A stretch of DNA of 64,000 nucleotides, from assembly GCF_006345805.1 (NCBI RefSeq), contig NC_043007.1:75020001-75084000 (forward strand), written 5' to 3'. The translations under genes were made by a program, and so were the position numbers. Every line of letters begins with the position of its first letter. Positions within the stretch are counted from its first letter, which is position 1. Below the pieces are notes generated by a model. It saw only the letters and a list, made by a program, of their open reading frames with translations, ran no database searches and had not been told where the DNA came from. This document shows positions 1 to 64,000 of the stretch, in pieces. The stretch comes from Octopus sinensis. Lineage: Eukaryota.

Positions 1-713
1 TCTTTTTCTATTTTTATTTCTTTATAATAAATTTTCAATTTTTCTTTTGATTTTGGTCCACAGTTTCTGAAAGGAAAAAAAAAACATTCTTTTTTTTTTC
101 TTTTCTGTTTTCCCCATGTTTTCTCGAATAGAGGCAAATATTGCATTAATTCAATATTTTTGTTTCCTAATTCACTGGTTAAATAATTCATTTAATTTAA
201 CTCATTATATTTTGCAGAATAAATAATCTTATTTAATATTCTATTTTTGTGAGGTTCTTTAACTTTCATATTAAAAGCAGGCATGGTGGAGTGGAAAACT
301 ACATTTTCTTTAATAATATACATACAATTAAATTTTAAATTCCCATCTATCTTATAGCTTTACTTTCTGTGGCCAGTTCACCTTTTGTTAGATACATAAG
401 GATTTTTACATTATCTGTCTCATCTACATATGAAAAACAAAATCCCCCTCACCATTTATGTCACCAACTAACCTACATATGATTTACATGTCACAAGAGA
501 TCATTATTAATATATAAACTAGCAAATTCCATGTATCATTATTTTTCTTTCAGAAGAAAAAAAATATCAAATTTGTTACTTTTGTCTGAAAAACTTTTCC
601 TAGCTCTTGGTTCCTGGCATTCTTTGATGTTAATTTATTCTTTATATACATGTACATATGTGTATATGTATAATTAAATATACTCAAGTATATATGTATT
701 CATATACGGACAC

Positions 714-960
<247 letters not shown>

Positions 961-1914
961 CACACATGCATAAATGCATGCATACATACATACATACATA
1001 ATATGTATGTATAAATATACATGTATATCTATATTTTTGTGTGTATGTCCTTGCTTTGACATCATAAATAGTTATAAATGAGTGTCATCATCACACAAGC
1101 AGTGTCTTTTATTTCTAATCTTTTGTAAAAACATACCTAACCCTAGAACATAGCTATATCCAACCTCATCACCATTATCATTGTAATGTCTAATTTTGCT
1201 TGCTTGAATGGATCAGATGAAATTTGTTAAAGCAGATTTTTTTTATGGCCAGACGCCCTTCATGTCACCAACTCTCAAATTGCATTCAAGCTAGGTAATA
1301 CTTCACTGCGGTTGGACATGTTTCCACAGGAGGACACTATTTGTATGATGGTAACAATCATTTCCAACTATAGTGTAATGTGGAAACAAGGAGACATAAA
1401 CATACACACATCCATGCACAAAAGATATGCGTGCATACGTGTGTGCATGTAGCCAAAAGCTTCTTTTGGTTCCTATCTACATGTATGTATGAATGTGAAT
1501 ATATATTTATGTATGGAAGAACCACAGCAGAGTCTTCTACATTTATCTCTTGTTACAATATTTATTTTCTTCTTGAGAATTGCTGTAAGTCTCTACACAT
1601 TTAGAACTAAGTTAATACCTGAATAAAAGATGCTGTAATAATAATTAGTCCTGATTTAAGCACAAGGCCAGCAGTTTTTGAGGGGTGTGTCATAGTGGAT
1701 GCCATCAATCTCAATCTTGACTGGTGCTTTATTTTATCAAACCCAAAAGGATGAAAGGCAAAGTTGACTTTGGTAGAATTTGAATTCAGAATACAGAAGG
1801 ACAGAAAAATTGCTGGCGTTGGACCTAAATCAGAAACAATGATAATGATAATATAGTGTAATAATATAATATAATATAATAATATATATAATAATAACAA
1901 TAATAATAATAATA

Positions 1915-1945
<31 letters not shown>

Positions 1946-2024
1946 AATAATAATAAAAATAATAATAATAATAATGATAATAATGATAATAATAATAATA
2001 ATGATAATAATGATAATAATGATA

Positions 2025-2450
2025 TAAGGCCAACAGACCAGATATAGTTGTCAGAGATCATGAAGAAAAAAAATGCTTTCTAATTGATGTATCAATACTG
2101 GCAGATGACAACGTGTCTCTAAAAGAAATGGAGAAACTCTCAAAATACAAAGACCTGGAAATAGAGGTAACTAGAATGTGGAACCTGAAAACAGAAACAA
2201 TTCCTATCATAGTAGATGCATTAGGCATGATAAAAAAATATTCAGACAAATACATAACAAAAACACCAGGACTTACAAACACATATAACATACAGAAAAT
2301 TGCACTACTAGGCACTGCACACATCCTACGCAGAACACTTTCCATACAATAACCATCAGAGCATCACAACAAATCACAGCACATACCCAAGGCACACAGA
2401 GCTGCGCTCGGTAGTGAAGTGAAAGCACGCTATAAAAATAAAACTACTGA
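2025..2450 (+). mobile_element. 3' fragment of an R4/Dong-like non-LTR retrotransposon (restriction-like endonuclease)
   Basis: Open frame KANRPDIVVRDHEEKKCFLIDVSI...EKLSKYKDL...GTAHILRRTL* (PD..D RLE motif), short 3' UTR, (TAA)n on both sides. Confidence 0.8.
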
Positions 2451-3359
2451 ATAATAATAATAATAATAATGATAATAACAGTCATTCGCATCAATTTTGA
2501 CATATGAATGTTTGAAGGAAAGTTTTTAAAATAATGAGGATGCAGGATATAATTCTTTCATAGTTCTCTTCCTTCAACTCAAATGGCTTTGTCGCATCCT
2601 GGCACATTTTATGCCTCCCAGATCGATTGAGGCAATAACTTTCCCCAGATGTTAAATTAAGCTGGAATTAGTAGTAGTAGCAGTAGTCCTTTATACTATA
2701 GGCACAAAGCCTGAAATTTTGAGGGAAGAGTAAGTCGATTACATCAACCCCAGTACTCAACTGGTACTTAATTTATCAACCCCAAAAGGATGAAAAGCAA
2801 AGTTGACCTTGGTGGAATTTAATAATAATAATAATAATAACAACAACAGTAACTATAATAATAACAGTAATAATAATAATAATAATAATTATTATTATTA
2901 TTATTATTATTATTTTATTATTATTATTATAATCATTTTTATTATCATTATTATTATTATTATTATTATCATTATTATTATTACTATTATAACAATAATT
3001 ATAATAATAATAGTTTTCTTCAAATGAATTTTGAGTCATATTTTAAAAAATATTAAATATCAGATTGATGCAAAAATAATTGCAGGTTTTAACTGTCAGT
3101 TTTAAAGCAATATAGCAATCAAAATAACGACCATTAGAGTCTACATATTTTTGCCAATGAAACGTAAGGCTATTTATTCTGGTATAATTATGGAGTCCTG
3201 AAACTCATAAATTCTTTGAAGTTCTTTTGAGCTGCTGCTGGGCTTTTGGTGACCTTCATTCATGGTAAGCTGTGGAAATGCTTGAAAATGCGATGTTTTG
3301 AGAAAGGTCTGGGGTATAAGCTGGTTGAGATGGAATTTCATAGTGCAGTTTTTAGTCTT

Positions 3360-3735
3360 TTACTCTTTTACTTGTTTCAGTCATTTGACTGTGGCTATGC
3401 TGGAGCACTGCATTTAGTCGAGCAAATCAACCCAAGGACTTATTCTTTTTAAGCCTAGTACTTATTCTATTGGTCACTTTTGCCGAACTACTAAGTTACG
3501 CAGACGTAAACACAACAGCATCGGTTGTCAAGCAATGTTCGCAGGGGGTAACAAACACAGACACACAAACATATACACACACACATACATACATATATAT
3601 ATATATATATACGATAGGCTTCTTTCAGTTTCCGTCTACCAAATCCACTCACAAGGCTTTGGTCGGCCCGAGGCTATAGTAGAAGACACTTGCCCAAGGT
3701 GCCGTGCAGTGGGACTGTACCCAGAACTATGGGCC
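3360..3735 (-). mobile_element. Abundant SINE family (other copies ~15735-16240, 18170-18325, 46355-46755 on minus; ~49635-49950 on plus)
   Basis: Recurring blocks cttgtttcagtcatttgactg, gctaagttacg, ccaaatccactcacaaggctt, gacacttgcccaagg; boundaries approximate. Confidence 0.8.
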
Positions 3736-3767
3736 CATGATAGGCAAGGAAGAAAAAACACAAACAA

Positions 3768-4197
3768 TCATCATCATCATCGTTTAACGTCCGCTTTCCA
3801 TGCTAGCATGGGTTGGACGATTTGACTGAGGGCTGGCGAACCAGATGACTGCACCAGGCTCCAGTCTTGATCTAGCAGAGTTTCTACAGTTGAATGCCCT
3901 TCCTAACACTAACTACTCTGAAAGTGTAGTGGGTGCTTTTACGTGCCACTGGCACGAGGGCCAGTCAGGCAGTACTGGCAACAGTCATGCTCGAATGATG
4001 TTTTTACATGCCACCTGCACAGGAGCCAGTCCACCGACATTAGCAGTGACCTCACTTGAAAGTTTCTTCATGTGCCCCCAGCACAAGTGCCAGTAAGGCA
4101 ATGCTGGTAATGATCACGCTCAAATGGTGCTTTTTACGTGCCACCAGCATGGAAGCCAGTTAGCTGCTCTGGCAACAATCATGCTTGGATGGTGCTC
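3768..4197 (-). mobile_element. SINE-like repeat with internal ~60-bp subrepeats and (GAT)n tail (also ~9217-9550, 21170-21460, 21630-21800, 38020-38220, 38515-38720 minus; 19160-19600, 19850-20220, 45640-46140, 57700-58130 plus)
   Basis: Shared end ccatgctagcatggaaagcggacgttaaacgatgatgat and ggaagggcatccagctgtagaaac core; source of many spurious His/Cys/Arg-rich ORFs. Confidence 0.8.
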
Positions 4198-4572
4198 AAA
4201 ATTGTTAATTTGCGTTTTTCTTCATATTTAATTTGACAAACTAAAATATATAAACAAATTGTAAAAGTAAAATCATTAGTATAAATTATCAGCCTAAATC
4301 ATTAGCAAAAATCATTAGCATAAATCATTAGACTAAAATTTATACCAAATACATATATCTAAATAAAAGTTTATTCAAGAAATGTATCTTGGTTTAAATT
4401 AACAAAACTGCAATTCTTTATACATCAACCTAAGTTTAGTATTTTGTGCAACTGTGCAATAATCTGGAACTGGTAAAACAGAGAAGCAGCTACACAATAT
4501 AAACTCATCACCATCATCATCATCACCTCAACCACTACCACCATCATCTTAATAATAATGATAATAATAATT

Positions 4573-4706
4573 ATTTACATTATTTACATTTGACGAATAT
4601 TTGTCCTCATCTTGCTCGTTGTTAACACATTTCGTGAGCATATGGCATAGTGGTTAAGTGCACGGGCTACTAACCCCAAGATTCTGAGTTCAATTCCAAG
4701 CAGGGA

Positions 4707-4738
<32 letters not shown>

Positions 4739-4955
4739 TAATAATAATAATAATGATAATAATAATAATAACATCGAAAAATACCTTAGGAATGAGAACC
4801 CAGGTTCGAAATTTCCCCAAGATACCTGAAGAAGGCTGGAGGGTAATGTCAGCCGAAACGTTGTGTTAAGAGCAAACAAGATGAGGACAAATATCCGTCA
4901 AATGGAAATAATGTAAATAATGTACACAATTCCTCATTTCTTAAATACAGAACTG
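4573..4955 (+). mobile_element. tRNA-headed repeat with (AAT)n spacer and hammerhead motif, preceded by an inverted copy of its own 3' end
   Basis: A box TGGCATAGTGG 4643-4653, B box GAGTTCAATTCC 4686-4697; 4573-4634 is the reverse complement of ~4854-4920; further copies 53881-55062. Confidence 0.75.
4821..4867 (+). ncRNA. Minimal type I hammerhead ribozyme (Penelope/retrozyme type)
   Basis: Stem I gATAC/GTGTt, core CTGAAGA (4826-4832), stem II GGCTGG/TCAGCC, GAAA (4855-4858), palindromic ACGT stem III, GTT triplet. Confidence 0.7.
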
Positions 4956-4956
4956 G

Positions 4957-5010
<54 letters not shown>

Positions 5011-5442
5011 GCCTAGTTAAATATCAGTTTAGTGACATCAAAATGCCTCAGCATTTCATTTTTAGTTATATAACTTATATTCTCCTATTCCTCATCACCG
5101 CACCATTTTCCTATATAACATAATCTACTCAAGTTTTGTTAAGAAATCCCAAATATTTCTTAAGCAAAATTCACAAGTAGAAATGAAAGTGTTATTCCAA
5201 ACATTTAGCTCCTAAAACAATTTCTAAATATTTTAGATTAATATATATATCTAGAATTTAGTATGAACACAAAATGTTAAACATTTTTATTGTTTTCTTA
5301 TTAACTTGTTTAATATAATTCCTCTTTCGTAACACTTTTTTGTTATAACTTTTAGAACATTAACTAACATGTCTAGTTTACCAGTTTGTTTTTATTATTT
5401 TGTTATTTGTTAGGTTCACATAAATACGTATGTATGTATGTG

Positions 5443-5499
<57 letters not shown>

Positions 5500-5505
5500 A
5501 TCTAT

Positions 5506-5556
<51 letters not shown>

Positions 5557-6164
5557 CATATATGCCTTCAGATATGTTAGAAATATATTTTATTTCAATA
5601 AAAGTATAAAAGTCAAGAAATTTCTGAAGCATTATTGAAAGATATCTTTTAAAAGCAAATTTATTATATTTTATAATCAAATACATCCTGTAAAATGATT
5701 AAAATCAAATAATTTCAATAGTTATTTTTCTAATAAACATTTTGTCAATTTATCAAAATATTTGTTTGTAAAATATTAGAAATAATTAATATTACGTATC
5801 ATTTAATAAATATATTGGTAAAATAATAAGTGTATAAAATATATAGTAAGTATATGAAATATATATAGTAAGTTTCCTGCCATAATAAAAAAAATTACTT
5901 TTAACATTTCCTCAGTTGGAAATTTTTATAAGAATATTATATGGCAAAAAATATCTTATAAAAGCTTTGTTAATAGAAATTTAATTTTCAGAGTAAAAAC
6001 AATTTCAATTTTTTGAAGACAAGTATTTTATCTGAAATATTTCAGATGGTTTTTCTCTTATGTGTTTCAGTCTTGTGCCAGATGTAAAGAATCCAAGTGT
6101 AATTTATCATAATTATTTAAAATTCTGAATTACAAAGTAATTATATTGTTAATATTATTCACAG

Positions 6165-64000
<57,836 letters not shown>

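Noticed and set aside
4636-4710. tRNA gene-like sequence (also SINE heads at ~17101, 23844, 24540, 42336)
   Set aside because: A/B boxes present, but no convincing acceptor stem and fused to repeat bodies: SINE heads.

Overview
AT-rich, microsatellite- and SINE-laden animal genomic DNA; the repeat landscape looks like octopus/coleoid cephalopod (inference, no database check). The whole window lies inside one + strand gene, a ryanodine receptor (RyR). I traced 25 coding exons by hand from 6165 to the window end. They cover the end of the bridging solenoid, the calmodulin-binding helix, the RIH-associated/core solenoid with the Ca2+-activation residues, and the EF-hand pair. Splice phases are consistent except for one missing exon, probably in the 100-N gap at 36377-36476. 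Main finding: the EF-hand 1 exon is present twice (51293-51372 and 56743-56822), both copies 80 nt, same phase and with canonical Ca2+ loops, so they form a frame-enforced mutually exclusive pair. Also notable: candidate in-frame microexons in a TE-poor intron at the site of the known RyR2 24-nt optional exon, and a repeat family joining a tRNA-like Pol III head to a minimal Penelope-type hammerhead ribozyme. Most ORFs in the supplied track are microsatellite or SINE artefacts. Exon numbers are local to this window.
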